From assembly GCF_016432865.1 (NCBI RefSeq), contig NC_067400.1:502572001-502636000 (forward strand): 64,000 bases of DNA. The letters are read 5' to 3'. This stretch comes from Antechinus flavipes. Lineage: Eukaryota. Positions within the stretch are counted from its first letter, which is position 1. Every line of letters begins with the position of its first letter. A program made the translations under genes and the position numbers. The notes beneath the pieces were generated by a model that worked only from the letters and a program-made list of their open reading frames with translations, ran no database searches and was not told where the DNA came from. Shown here in pieces: positions 51,936 through 63,684 of this stretch.

Positions 51936-51950
51936 GAAAAAGAAAGAAAG
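51794..51950 (+). mobile_element. Internally deleted WSINE1-like SINE with long (GAAAA)n tail and 13-bp TSD
   Basis: AAATGTCATCTTT at 51781-51793 and 51951-51963. Confidence 0.85.
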
Positions 51951-52169
51951 AAATGTCATCTTTCATAGCTTTCTTTATTTGCAAAATTGGAGGTTAGATT
52001 AACCAAACACTTATAAATCTAAATCTGATCCTATGTAAGAAAAGGGAAGAAGAAAAGTCTGGAATAATTTTTTCTCAAGGAACTCAAGCTGTTTACTAAA
52101 GATCAAATGCTTGCTTTTCTAAATGTTGCCAAACCATCCTTTTAATGGGTTTTAGAATTTTTCAGAAAT

Positions 52170-52420
52170 AAGGATTCAAATTTATAAAGCACTTTAAAGT
52201 TTGTAAAACATTTTACATCCATTGCATCATTTGATTCTCATAAAAATTCTGTTGCATAGAAGGTACAATTGAATTTATTTTGTAGACAAGAAAACTGAGA
52301 TTCTAAGGTATTAAATGATTTGTCTGTGTTTATATAATGAATAAAATGTCAGAGGCAAGATTTGAACCCATGTTATTTTGACCCCAATATCACACATAGT
52401 GTTCATTACATTAAGCTACA
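52170..52420 (-). mobile_element. MIR SINE
   Basis: aaagcactttaaagtttgtaaaac...catttgattctcata...gaggcaagatttgaaccc. Confidence 0.7.
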
Positions 52421-53291
52421 TTAGTATTTTGTTTGAAGAAAACATTTTCTTCTTTTTTTGAAAATTGGTTTCATATACTTTTCTTACAATTCATCGGGAT
52501 CTCTTTTGGTAGCCCAGTTTTAAAAGATTACACCTGACAACCAAACAATAGTAGCTATTAAATTCTTTTGATACCTTTGGTATAGTGATTTAAACTTTTA
52601 TAGAAGTCAGGCTGGGTATATTTTTTTATCATCTATTCACTTATCTTGAGTCAATTTCCTGTGAACTATTTTTGTTCTACTTTTTCTAGTCTGAAGATCA
52701 TTATTTTTGTTAAGTAAAACAGATCTAAAATGGGAATTGAGTAGTTCTTTCCCTCCATAGTACATTTTCATTGCCCTATTCCTTCCTTGAGTTTCTTCTC
52801 CCCTTCCCCCCAATCCATAACTTAAAAAAAATTTTTTTTGTTGTTGTGTCTCATTTATTGTCAGCCTGAGAATGTTCTGAGCCTTGGCATTTCTGATATG
52901 TTTACAATACTATAACAGACTTTTAAATATGTCATAAATTACTTGTCTCTGCTTCTATCTTTTGATCATACCTTTTAAAAAGTGGTAGTGATGCTTTTCT
53001 GTATAAAACATCATCCCAAAGTTGTCAGAAAAAGACATTGTGAACCAGAACTGGTTCCTATCCCAAGAATCCTAGTTGAATTATCCTTCACTCCTAAAGG
53101 ACACTGATTTTGTCCTTTAGTTCCTAAGACCACTAGTAATTGAATCTTAGGCATTGGTATGAATAGTGTATCCATGAAGATTTTAAAGCCTTGAATATAG
53201 TAAGGTTCTAGTTGTATGAGTTTGTAGTTGAAGAGAAAGATCAGAGTGGAAATTTGATGTTGATATTGCATCTTTTCCATTGTGTATATCT

Positions 53292-53510
53292 CTTTTTGGT
53301 GTTTTCCTGGAAAAATACTGCACTGATGTATCATTTCCTTTTCCAGGACATTTTACAAATGAGGAAACTGAGCCAAAGACGGTTAAGTGATTTTCCCAGG
53401 GTCACACAGCTATTAAGTGTCCAAGGCCAGATTTGATCTTAGGAAGATAAATCTTCCTTCTTCCAGGCTTATCCACTATCCTCTATCCACTGGGCTACCT
53501 GGCTTCTCTG
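53292..53510 (-). mobile_element. Mar1 SINE
   Basis: catttccttttccag...gaggaaactgag...ggttaagtgattttcccagggtcacacagct. Confidence 0.8.
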
Positions 53511-54133
53511 AGCCAGTGACCCTCTGTCAAAGAGTAGCAAAAAGAATTTGTGACTAGGATGGATATTTAAGGTCCCTTCCAACTCAAAGTATCATCTAGG
53601 AAAAAATCTGCAACTTAAAGCCTCAAGAACAAATGTCAATAGATTTGAAGAAATTTGGTCATTAGCCTGGAGAAGAGAAGACTTAAAGTAAATGGAAACA
53701 TCTTATCAGCCTTCAGCATTTGATGAAATTGAATTTATTCTGCTTGGCCCCATAAGACAGAGTTATGACCAAAAAAATGGACATTAAGAGAGATTTCAGC
53801 ATGATGGAAAAAAAGTTTCATGATAATTAGAGCTATCCAAAAGTATGTTGAGCTGCACCGTTGAGCTGAAGCTGACAACTTGCTGTATTTGAGATTCTTG
53901 TTGAGCTAAGGGGAGAGCCAAGTAACCTCTTAGGTACTTTCCTCCCTTTTAATCTCTATAATTCTGTTTTGGTTTTTTTTAACATGCTTAGAAATTCCAA
54001 TGTGTCATGTTTGGCTTTTCTAGTGATAGCAGCTTATTTTCCTCTTGGTGGTGGTACTTTTCAAAGCAATCATTATGGTCCCACTGTTTCATTTGAAATC
54101 TTGGTTTGGTTTTGTTTTTTCCCCTCTTTCAAG

Positions 54134-54279
54134 GATGCTGATCCAGGTTTGCGTGTATTTTTACTGCAAGTGCCTGTGGCGCTGTATGAAATTTGTGGTG
54201 AGGAAACTAACAGGACGATGTGAACTACAAAGAATCTGTTACAATAATAAGCCAGGAGCTGGCAGAACCATGAAAATAG
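54134..54279 (+). CDS. ELMOD1: ELMOD1 exon 3 (R-MLIQVCVYFYCKCLWRCMKFVVRKLTGRCELQRICYNNKPGAGRTMKI)
   Basis: Acceptor cccctctttcaag|G; 146 nt; donor ATAG|gtaaat. Translation is the recognisable ELMOD1 N-terminus (inside ORF-track 54045..54287). Confidence 0.97.
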
Positions 54280-54442
54280 GTAAATAAATTTTAAAATGAA
54301 TGACAAAATAGAGAGTTGGGAAAGGTGGGAAGAGTTATATGAGGTCATGTTCAAGTAAAGTAATTTTATATCTAATGTGCACAAAATAAAATATCTAGAA
54401 AAACAAACTGTTAAATGACATTTTCACTTATTTCTTTAACAG

Positions 54443-54471
54443 AATCATCATTGAAGGACTCAAAAAGTAAG
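54443..54471 (+). CDS. ELMOD1: ELMOD1 exon 4 (E-SSLKDSKSK), 29 nt
   Basis: tttctttaacag|AA TCA TCA TTG AAG GAC TCA AAA AGT AAG|gtaagt; phases match both neighbouring exons; preceded by a 163-nt intron. Confidence 0.95.
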
Positions 54472-55092
54472 GTAAGTTAAGTTCTACATTTTTTCATGGA
54501 GTTCCAGGTAACTTTCATTTGATGCTCATTTCCAAAATAGGATGTGACCAAGATACATTCAGAGCTATGTGATCACCAAGACTTGATGAGAATGTTTACC
54601 TCCCTCAAACCATAGCATTGGGTTCAGTTGCAGACCCTTTGCATGGTTTTTTTTTCCTAAAAATATACAAAATATTTGGCACAACCAAATAGGGAAGCTT
54701 ATATTTCTGATGTCCATTTCTCTAAATTGGCAAAGTACTTCATTGAAATTATCCTCTTATATTTTTACAAAGTACAAAATTAATATTACTGGACAATGCC
54801 TTTTTAATATTTTCTTTACAACAGAAGGAATGGACTAATGGTAAAAGTCCCCTATATTCATTCATTACCCTTCACAGAAAAGTGATAGGCAATGGGTGTG
54901 GAATGAGACATAGATTTGTAGAAATGGATATGTTTATTTGTTTTGTTTGAGTATGCTTCATTAAGGCAAGAGAGGGTTCCATAAGCAGCAGGGAAAGGAT
55001 CATTGGGAAATAACAGCATTGTTTTTTTTTAAAGAGTGAATTCTTTTTAAAGAAGCAAGGGAAGAGAAAATGAGAAATACAATCGAAATCGG

Positions 55093-55175
55093 TTTTGTTT
55101 TTGTTTTTGTTTTTGTTTTTTTGCTAAGGCAATTGGGGTTAAGTGGTTTGCCCAGGGTCACACATCTAGGAAGTG
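55093..55175 (-). mobile_element. 5'-truncated WSINE1 with (TTTTG)n tail
   Basis: gctaaggcaattggggttaagtggtttgcccagggtcacacatctaggaagtg. Confidence 0.8.
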
Positions 55176-55577
55176 GAATTTTCTTTACATCTAAATCAAT
55201 TCACTACATAGTCAGGATTTCCCAGTAATAAAACCTGTACTTTGAACATACACTAGCCTTTTAATACACAGAATTTAGCACTCCTTGTGAAGCAAGAAAT
55301 CCATAATTGCTTTTTAAAAGATGACTTCTCAGACTCTTCTGTTTTTCTTTTATTGTGAATTTTGATTTTTTTAATTTCATTCTCTAATTTAATCATCTAT
55401 CAAATGAGTTTTCCCATATGCCCCTTTTTAAACATTATGTATTTTATTATAGTTCTATTAGAAGCGATTTTTGTTTAGAAGATAAAACATTAGTTTTGGA
55501 AAGTTTGATTGTGTATATATGATCATAAGGATTTAAAGCTAGAAGGAATATTAGAAGTAATCTGGTCCAACCCTCAC

Positions 55578-56276
55578 AACATCTAGGTGGCAGAGTGAAT
55601 TGAATGCCAGACTTGGAGTCAGGCAAACCTGAGTACCCATACTATGTATGATCCTGTCAAGTCACCTAACCCTGTTTGCCTCAGTTTATTTATCTATAAA
55701 AGGAGCTCAAAAAGAAAATGGCAAACCACTCAAGTATTGTAATGCTGGAGAGATTTAGCAAGATGGAGATTAGAGAGTATTTAATAATTTATTAAATGGA
55801 GAAATATACTGGGATCAAGTGGATCCATGTTTGGTCCCAGGGCTGAATGAAACTGTCATCTCCAAGAATTCAATCAGAGTTTTCAATGACATATATACAC
55901 ATGGCTCAAATACAGAGGGTAGACTGAGGCAGGGACAGAGTCAAGGGTACTGAGATCGGAATGGGATTCTGACAGGATGGGATGAGCCTCCGGAGAGGGG
56001 ATGACATAATCAAGAAGAGGCCCTGGAGATGGGGAGAGGCATTCTGATATTCTAAAACATAAGATCTTTTATGCTTATCAAGTATTCTGATAAAGAGGGA
56101 GGGGAGGTTTTGCAGAACTAAAAAGCAAGGAAACCAAGGCAGAACTGAGTCAGGATAATTAGGGAAACTGAGTCTGGACAATAAAAGAGAACTATGGCAT
56201 AACAGTATCTTTGCCAAGAAAAACTCAAAAGGGGTCACAAAAAATCAGATATAACTGAAAAACAACTAAACAACAA
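55578..56276 (+). mobile_element. Mar1 SINE split by a solo LTR, itself inside a MIR3-like element
   Basis: ...atggcaaaccactcaagtat [LTR] gtatctttgccaagaaaa...caactaaacaacaa rebuilds the Mar1 tail. Flanks share gtccaa(c/t)cctc. Confidence 0.85.
55738..56204 (-). mobile_element. Solo ERV LTR (ERV1-like), 467 bp
   Basis: TG...CA termini with 4-bp TSD GTAT (55734-55737, 56205-56208). On the minus strand a TATA-like motif (about 55891-55898) precedes AATAAA (55788-55793). Confidence 0.88.
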
Positions 56277-57067
56277 GTCCAATCCTCTCATTCTACTGAT
56301 GAGGTAAACTAAGGCCTGGAGAAAAGAAGTGACTTCCCCTTGAAAACAAGTGCTTAGTTGCAATACTTGGATTAAAACCCAGCTTCTGTAGTTCCAAATT
56401 GAGAGCCCTTTCCATGGTGTCATGCTGTTTCTTACTATTTAGAAAAAATTATAAAAATTTAAAATTTTTAATTTAAATTTTTTTAACTTTTTAAAAAGGA
56501 AAAAAATATTCATTAACAAAAGAGTCTGTTCATTGAAACTAAGTTAGAAAAAAATAGGGCTGGAAATTCTCAAAAAGAAATCCTATCAGAATTCATAAAA
56601 GCCATTTCTACTACTTATATCATTATATATTTTTATAAGAAATTTTTCTAAATAAGTCAGATAAATTTTCTTTAGAGAAAATATTATCTTGTATGTATAT
56701 ATTAATTTCTTAAGCATTCATGTGGATGATTTGTAGTAATTTTTTGCTATTAAATTTTATAATTTCATATGCAACAGAAACATGGACACCTTAGCCATCA
56801 GGGTGATATAGTGGATAGAACACTGGATTTAGAGTTGGAAAAGCTGGAAGCAAATCCTGAGTTTCCTGTGACCTTGGGACAAGTTATTTCACTGATTGTC
56901 ATCACAGTTTGCTCATCTGTCAAATGAGGAGGTTGGACTAGACTCCTCACTTCTTCCTTCTGATTCAAAGTTCTATAAACATAGATATTGTTTAAAGTTA
57001 CCATTGTTTGAGCTCTTAAAGGAAAGCAATTGACCAAAGAAGTAACTGCTTTCAACATGCTTTGCAG

Positions 57068-57165
57068 CTGTTGCAGACTTCAATAAGTGTTCACCCTGAT
57101 GCAATTGAAAAGACTGTTGATGACATCATGGAACTGAAAAAAATCAATCCTGACATAAATCCACA
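57068..57165 (+). CDS. ELMOD1: ELMOD1 exon 5 (LLQTSISVHPDAIEKTVDDIMELKKINPDINP-Q)
   Basis: tttgcag|CTG...CCA CA|gtaagc; 98 nt, phase 0 in and phase 2 out; recognisable ELMOD1 peptide. Confidence 0.96.
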
Positions 57166-57763
57166 GTAAGCATTTCTGAATCAAAAATATAAAAGATGGT
57201 ACTTCTTTCTATATTCATCTGCATAAATGATGTCAAGCAGTACTTGGCAATAATAAGATCTTAAATACTTTTCATTTATTTCATTCATGCTCATAATAAT
57301 AGCTCATGGACATGTGGTTCCTTTAGGTTTTCAAAGTGTTTATATATTATAACTAGAATCTATATAGTGCTTTAAAGTTTGGAAATGCTTTATAAATATT
57401 ATCTCATGTTGATTCTCACAACAATACTGGGAGACAGGTGCTGCCATCATTCCCATTTTACAAATAAGAAAGCTGAGGAAGACAAAGGTTGGGTGACTCT
57501 CTACGATCACATCAGTAAATGCTTCGGGTCCTATTTGTACACAGATCTTCCTGACACCAGCTTCAAGGCCCTATTCATTTTGCCCTCTAGCTTCACAACA
57601 AATTTGTGACATAGTTGCTATAGCTTTTATCATCTTTATTTTATAGAAAAGGAAACTGAGACTCAGCCAAGCTAAGGGATTTGTTCATAATCACACAGGT
57701 GTTGTCACAGACAGGATGAAAACCCAAATCTTTCAAGTTCCATTTCTATCCTCTTCTGTCCTA

Positions 57764-57952
57764 CAAGAGATGTGTCAAACACCTGACTACATTCACTCCC
57801 CCTTATTTCCAGATTAAAGTGTAATTGGGAAATATTTAACAAATAATTAAAAATACAATAGTATCTAGACAATGTTAATATGTGGCTTTCCTAAGTCAAA
57901 TATTTACCCACAAGAATCCTTATGTTATTTCTATCTGAGTTCAGCACTACTC
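57764..57952. mobile_element. hAT/Charlie-type MITE (degraded)
   Basis: Ends gatgtgtcaaac / gagttcagcactact, with internal attaaagtgtaattgggaaatatttaacaaa typical of marsupial Charlie elements. Confidence 0.55.
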
Positions 57953-59419
57953 CATAACATTATGCCAGCTCTCAAGATAGAAAATCCACCTATTAATTTT
58001 CCTTTTGTTTTCTTAGAATATGATAATGAGCCATGTTTCTCTGATTTTCAAATCAAACAGTCCCAACAGACTAATGAAAATTAATACATATCATCGATGT
58101 AGTTTCATAAGTGGGATGGGGAATAGTGGATGAAGTCAGGAAAATTTGGTTTCTGGTTTTGTTTCTAACACACATAAACATGTCATTTAAAATCTTAGTG
58201 CTCTGGGAAACTGTCTAAAACTGAAAGTTGAAGACAGATCAGTGATTTCATGTTCATCCTTTTGGGGTTGAGCACTAGTGCTTCTGACACAGAAAGATGA
58301 TACAAAAGATGCTTTATATACAACCAGGAGGATAAGAACACTTGCATGGTTTCTTTATGTGGTGTCTGCTTCACATTAACAGAGAATTTTCCCATTGTCA
58401 CTGCACCTGTCTGTCCTCAGCTCTATCAAGGAATGAGCCTTTATGTAGTTCAGGAGAAACTGATAATCTGGTGGACAGCTCCTCCTGCTTCAGGGATACT
58501 TTCCTAGAAAGCTGCTCCACACTCAGTCTTAGTTCATATTAACCCTTCATTTTCCATGACTTTTAAGTCAGATTTTGGCAAAGGTCTTTAGTAAAGGGAG
58601 TTTCAGGAAGAATCCAAGATTAATGAGCTAGAAACACTTTAATCTAGTGATGGAGTGAATGTAATTGGAGCCAGGTATCTGACATGTCTCATGCAGGGGA
58701 GAAAATGGCAGATATGGAAATAGAAAGATCGGGGTTATAATCTCCTCTGTGACAATAGCTCTGTGATTATGGACAAATCATTTAACCTAGGTGAGCCTCA
58801 GTTTCTTCATCTATAAAATGAAGATGATAAAAGCTGTACATCAGAAACTTTCTAATGTATAGACAGTACTATTTTAAGTATTTGCAAATAGGGAACATGG
58901 CAAGCACCAACATCCAAGAATTGTAGCCAATAGGAATCTAAAAGAACATTTAAAAATTTTTAAAAATAAATTTAATCAATTAATTAATAATAAATTAATT
59001 TTTAAATTTTAAAAAAGAGATTGATTTTGGCATCATTCACTGTTCTAGAGCACTTTTGTTTTTAAATAGAATTCCAATTCTGGAATTGGTTATATTCCAT
59101 TCTTTTACTTCCTTCATTTCCTTTTCCTTTTTTGCCTTTTCTGATCCAGATTTATTATTTCATTTGAACAGGGAACTCCTTGTGGAAACTCCTGCTACCA
59201 ATGTAGACAATACTTATGCACCTTGCAGTCTCCGAGTGGTGTTTGCGAAGTTAAATGCTTGTCCTCACATACCTAGCTAGTATGTGTCAGAGACAGGTCT
59301 TAAATTCAGGTCTCCCTGATTCTAGCCTTTTATATATACCTTCATGCTGCCTTTCTTATTTTTACCTTATGTTTATTTATAGAAAGTGAATTAATGTTAT
59401 GGTAGAGAGAATACCAAGA

Positions 59420-59790
59420 CAGCTAGGTAATACAGTGGATAAAGTACTGGGTCTAGAGTCAAGAAGACTTGAATTCAAATCCAGACTCAAACACTTACTA
59501 ACTGTGTGACCCTGGGTAGAATGAAACAGCAAATTACTCCCATATCTTTGCCAAGAAAGCCTCAAATTTGGCCATGAAAAGTCAGGCATGATTGAAATGA
59601 TTAAACAACAAAAGCAAGAGAGACTACTTGATCTAAATCAAGAAGCTGAGTTCAAATGTGACACTTACTAGCTGTGTGACCCTGGGCAAGTTACTTAACC
59701 CTTTTTGCCTCTACTGTGAAAAGTGACAAAATAATACCTACTTCCCAGGGTTATTGTGAGGATCAAATGAAATAACATTTGTAAAGCATT
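59420..59790 (+). mobile_element. Deleted Mar1 SINE (to about 59610) followed by a MIR
   Basis: cagctaggtaatacagtgg...catatctttgccaagaaa...aaacaacaa, then gaccctgggcaagttacttaacc...cttcccagggttattgtgagg. Confidence 0.75.
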
Positions 59791-60516
59791 TAGGACAATG
59801 TTTAGTAGATAGTTGGTACTTAATAAATGCTTATTTCCTTCCTCCATTATTATCATGTGGTAAATGCCATATTAAAATTACATGGTTGATATTTTTTTCT
59901 GAAGAAATTTGGGAGGATCTCAATTCATTTTATATCAAATTCAACTAAGAATTTAAGACATAAGATAATAATTGGGCCTGAATGTGCATAATGGCCCAAT
60001 AAGTACTGAGAAAGATTTAATTAGATTGAGTTTATCCTGACAATATTTCATCTATGAAAATTATGGTATGAATCAGTCAGCAAATATTATTATGTGCTAA
60101 ACTACTATGCTAAGCACTAAGAATATAAATATACTAAAAGAAATAATCCATACATGTATATGTAAGTTTGTATACTCAGGAGCTCTTGCTAGCCCTTTCA
60201 TTGAAAGAATTAGGAGGATACTTTATGAGGGTATGAATCAGCGTAAACAGAACTGGTTGCTTTGTTGCTTTCTCCTACCTCTTCCGCTTTTCCTCCCTTT
60301 TGCAGAGAAATCATATGTCAAGTGCAAAGAACCCTGGATATGAAATTTGGAGGCCTAGGTTTAAATCCTGGTCATCCCATTTACTGATTGTTTGATTTTG
60401 CACAAGTCATGTAATTTTCCTGAACCTCAATTTCATCAAATGCAGAATGAGAATAATGATATTTATATTGCTTTCCCCATAGTTATGTTTTGAGGATTTA
60501 AAGAAACAAGGTATTG

Positions 60517-60662
60517 AGGCAGCTAGGTGGCGCAGTGGATAGAGCGCCAGCCCTAAAATCAGGAGAACCTGAGTTCGAATTTGACCTCAGACTCTTAACA
60601 CTTCTAATTGTGCGATCCTGGGCAAATTACTTGACCTCAATTGCCTCAGGGGAAAAAAAAAA
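60517..60662 (+). mobile_element. Young WSINE1 nested in a MIR
   Basis: aggcagctaggtggcgcagtggatagagcgcc...cttaacacttct...aattgcctcagggg(A)n; GTATTG flanks both sides; CpGs retained. Confidence 0.9.
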
Positions 60663-61959
60663 GTATTGTAAAAGTTATAAATATTATATAATGCAAATGT
60701 AAACTTTGTGTTTTAATCATGGACGCCACACAGTTAAGTATTTTCTTTATTATCTCCATTTCTTGAAGAAAGTGTCACTGTTATCCGTAATTTGGAAATT
60801 GATACAATATGCCAGTGTCATGCAAATGAATATGAATATCATTCAACTAAATCTTTTTTTTCATTTAATTAAATATTGATGGACTCCCTACAAAGATAAA
60901 TAACAATAGTAAATACAACTGATATTTGTATATTGATTTTTTAACATATATGGTCTTCTTTGATGCTCACAAAATCTCTGGAAGATAGGTGATGTCCCCA
61001 TTTTATAAATGACATAAATTTAAGAAGCTGAAGTGATTTATCCAAGTTCACAGAGCTCATAGTGGAATTGTTAAGATTCAAACCCAAGTCTTTTGACTCT
61101 GCCTTTTGTTCCACATGACACTACCTAGGAACTTTGGGTAGTGTAAGAGTTCAGCAGCTTAGGAATAGTACACACAACATGAGGAGTTAATTTAATTCCA
61201 TTTTTACCCTCAAATTAGGACATCACTTAATCTTTCTGCCAATTTACCTAGTCTGTAAAGGTAGATTAACATACTATATTTACTCTGTTCTATTACTCTC
61301 AACACCACAAATGTTCAGTGTCTTGAAGAAGATGAGATGCTGAGCAGCATGAAGAGAGTTCTATTTAAAATCAGGAAGATCTGTATTCAAATCCTGCCAT
61401 AGATGCTGAATAGTTATACGATCATAAGCAAGTCACTTAACTTGTTCAGTTCTAATCTATAAAATGAGGATAATAATACCAGACTCACAAACACATTGTA
61501 AGACTCAAATGAGATAATGTCTTTGAAACACATTGTAAACTTTAAATGTCCATGTAAATGTCAAATATTACCATTATGATTAATAATAATAATTTAAATG
61601 AAATCATGAATTAAAGAATTTTCAGAAATAAAATGTTTGAGAGCTATATAGAATTGTTACATAATATCGACATCTATGTTCATTTTTATGTAAGCTTATT
61701 TTATACTCATAAACACATCATCTGAATAAATAAGTAAATTGGAGCATAGCAATAGACCTTTTATATCAGAAATCATACCTGATAATATCAATCTGCATCT
61801 ATAGTATAACCAAAAATTTGTCATTCAGAATCCACTTCAGGTTCTTAAGTGATGGGTAATGCATGCTCTTCCAAGGAAAGCTCTTCCATTTTTTAAATTT
61901 CTGATTTGTTTGAAAATTATTTTAATATCAAACTGAAATAATTTCATGAAATTTTTACC

Positions 61960-62480
61960 TACTGAAGGCACAAGGAATGTCCAGGCTTTCTTCCTGATGA
62001 TAACCCTTCAGATTGTTGAAGATGATTACTATATCACCCCTAAATCTTACCCTCTCCAAGCTGAACATCCCAAATTCTTTCAATAGATCTTTGTATAATA
62101 TGGCATTTCAAGTCTCTTAGATATTTCATAGATCAGTTTCCTTTGGATGTATTCCAGCTTGTCAGTGTCACTTATCAGATGTCATCCGGGGGCTAATCAA
62201 ATGACTCCATATATAATGTAACCAGAGCAGAAATGAGTAGAACCATTATTGTTCTTGCTATAGACATCATACTTTAATCATTGCAGGATAAGATAAAATC
62301 TTTTTAAATGGCTATATCATATGATTGACTCACATGGAATTTGAAATCCATTAAAACTCCTTTGTGTTTCTATGTGAGTTGCTGTCTAACCAGATCTTTC
62401 GTATTCTGTTTTAGTATGGTTGGATTTCATCCCTAAGTGCTAGACTTAATATTTATCTCTATTTCATTTCACCTTATTAA
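61960..62480 (-). mobile_element. L3/CR1 3' remnant
   Basis: ctaaatcttaccctctccaagctgaacatccc and gtaaccagagcagaaatgagtaga are reverse-complement L3 motifs. Confidence 0.7.
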
Positions 62481-62494
62481 TGGTAGAATATTAA

Positions 62495-63670
62495 ATCTGT
62501 GTTATCTATTAATGGTTCCATATCATGCTGAATGGAGATTTCTACTGTAATACCATAGGGTTCTGTCCTTTGTTCTATCACGTTCAACAATTTTATCAGT
62601 AACTTGGAAGAAGATAAAAAGGAATTGCCACTATTATAAATAAATAGACCCAATAAGTTCAGTGGAATAGAAATGAACCTGAAACCAAAATGGTAAAATT
62701 GAGCACAGATGAATATAAAGTCCTATGTTTAGGTTTTATTTTTTTTTAATGTCCCAAATTAATGCAAAGTGCTGTGAACAGATCTAGGAAAACAATGGAT
62801 GTGATGACCTCAGGAAAATAAGGGGAAAGACAATCACAAAAAAACTAAAATGAATTTTTTGAAACTGGAAAGAGCAAGATTTTCCCTAAAGAAGAGATAC
62901 AAAAAGATACAACTTCTTGCCTCTTTTGTAGAGGATAAGGTCTATAGTGAGGAGCAATACATATAACCAGATTTTCTTATTGTATTGATCACTTTTAATG
63001 AATATTTTCTCTTTTTTTTCTTTAAAAAATCTTTGTTTTAAGGTATGGCTTTTAAAAAAAAAGAACAAAGAGATATTGACATGGACAAAACTAAGCAAAA
63101 TACAAATGAAGTTATCACCAAAATTTACTTTAAAAAAAAAAAGAAAGTGTAAATGTATGGTGAAAGAGATCTAACTGATTTGGCAGTTATTCATATGAAA
63201 AATACATAGGAGTTTTACTTGAACATAAGCTTAATTGACGTGAACAAAACAGCATTTAAAAAGCTTACGAAATCTTGGGTTGCTTTAATAAAAATCTCAG
63301 GAAGTAATAGTCTTACTTTATGCTTGCCATATCTTGAGTCTTGTGTTTAATTTTGCAAGTCACATTTTCAAAAGGAAGCTGACAAACTACAGTGAGTAGT
63401 AAAAGGAACTGAGTAAGAAGAATGGAATTGAAATCATGAAATATGAGGAATAGAGAATGAAACTGGGCATGTTTAATCTGAAGAGAAGAAGACTGAAAAG
63501 AGTACTTACAGGACTGTCAAATAGAATGTGGCAACATTTCGAATACTCCAGAGGGCAGAAGTACAATGCAACCAAAATGGTAGAAATTATAAAAGCCAAT
63601 TCTAGCTCGATGTAAGAAAGACCTTTCTTTTGACAACAGTTGTCCACTGCTGGAGTAGACTATCTTTTGG
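62495..63670 (+). mobile_element. L3/CR1 RT-to-3' remnant, interrupted by an L1/HAL1-type tail (about 62890-63140)
   Basis: gtaataccatagggttctgtcctt (decayed VPQGSVL) and gggcatgtttaatctgaagagaagaagactg. Confidence 0.65.
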
Positions 63671-63684
63671 GGTGGGTTTGGTTG

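Noticed and set aside
53969-54223. 84-aa ORF overlapping exon 3 in an alternative frame
   Set aside because: It starts in the intron at a non-ATG codon with no supporting splice or promoter signal, and is a by-product of the coding exon.
56440-59015. AT-only quasi-palindromic tracts (about 56440-56500 and 58945-59015) and the ggtact...agtacc stem near 45058
   Set aside because: Low-complexity A/T runs make self-complementarity expected by chance.
33387-60662. Functional tRNA genes or CRISPR-like arrays suggested by the recurring ggcagctaggtgg...cagtgg motif
   Set aside because: These are dispersed tRNA-derived SINE heads followed by CORE sequence and A-tails. They lack cloverleaf structure and regular repeat-spacer periodicity.
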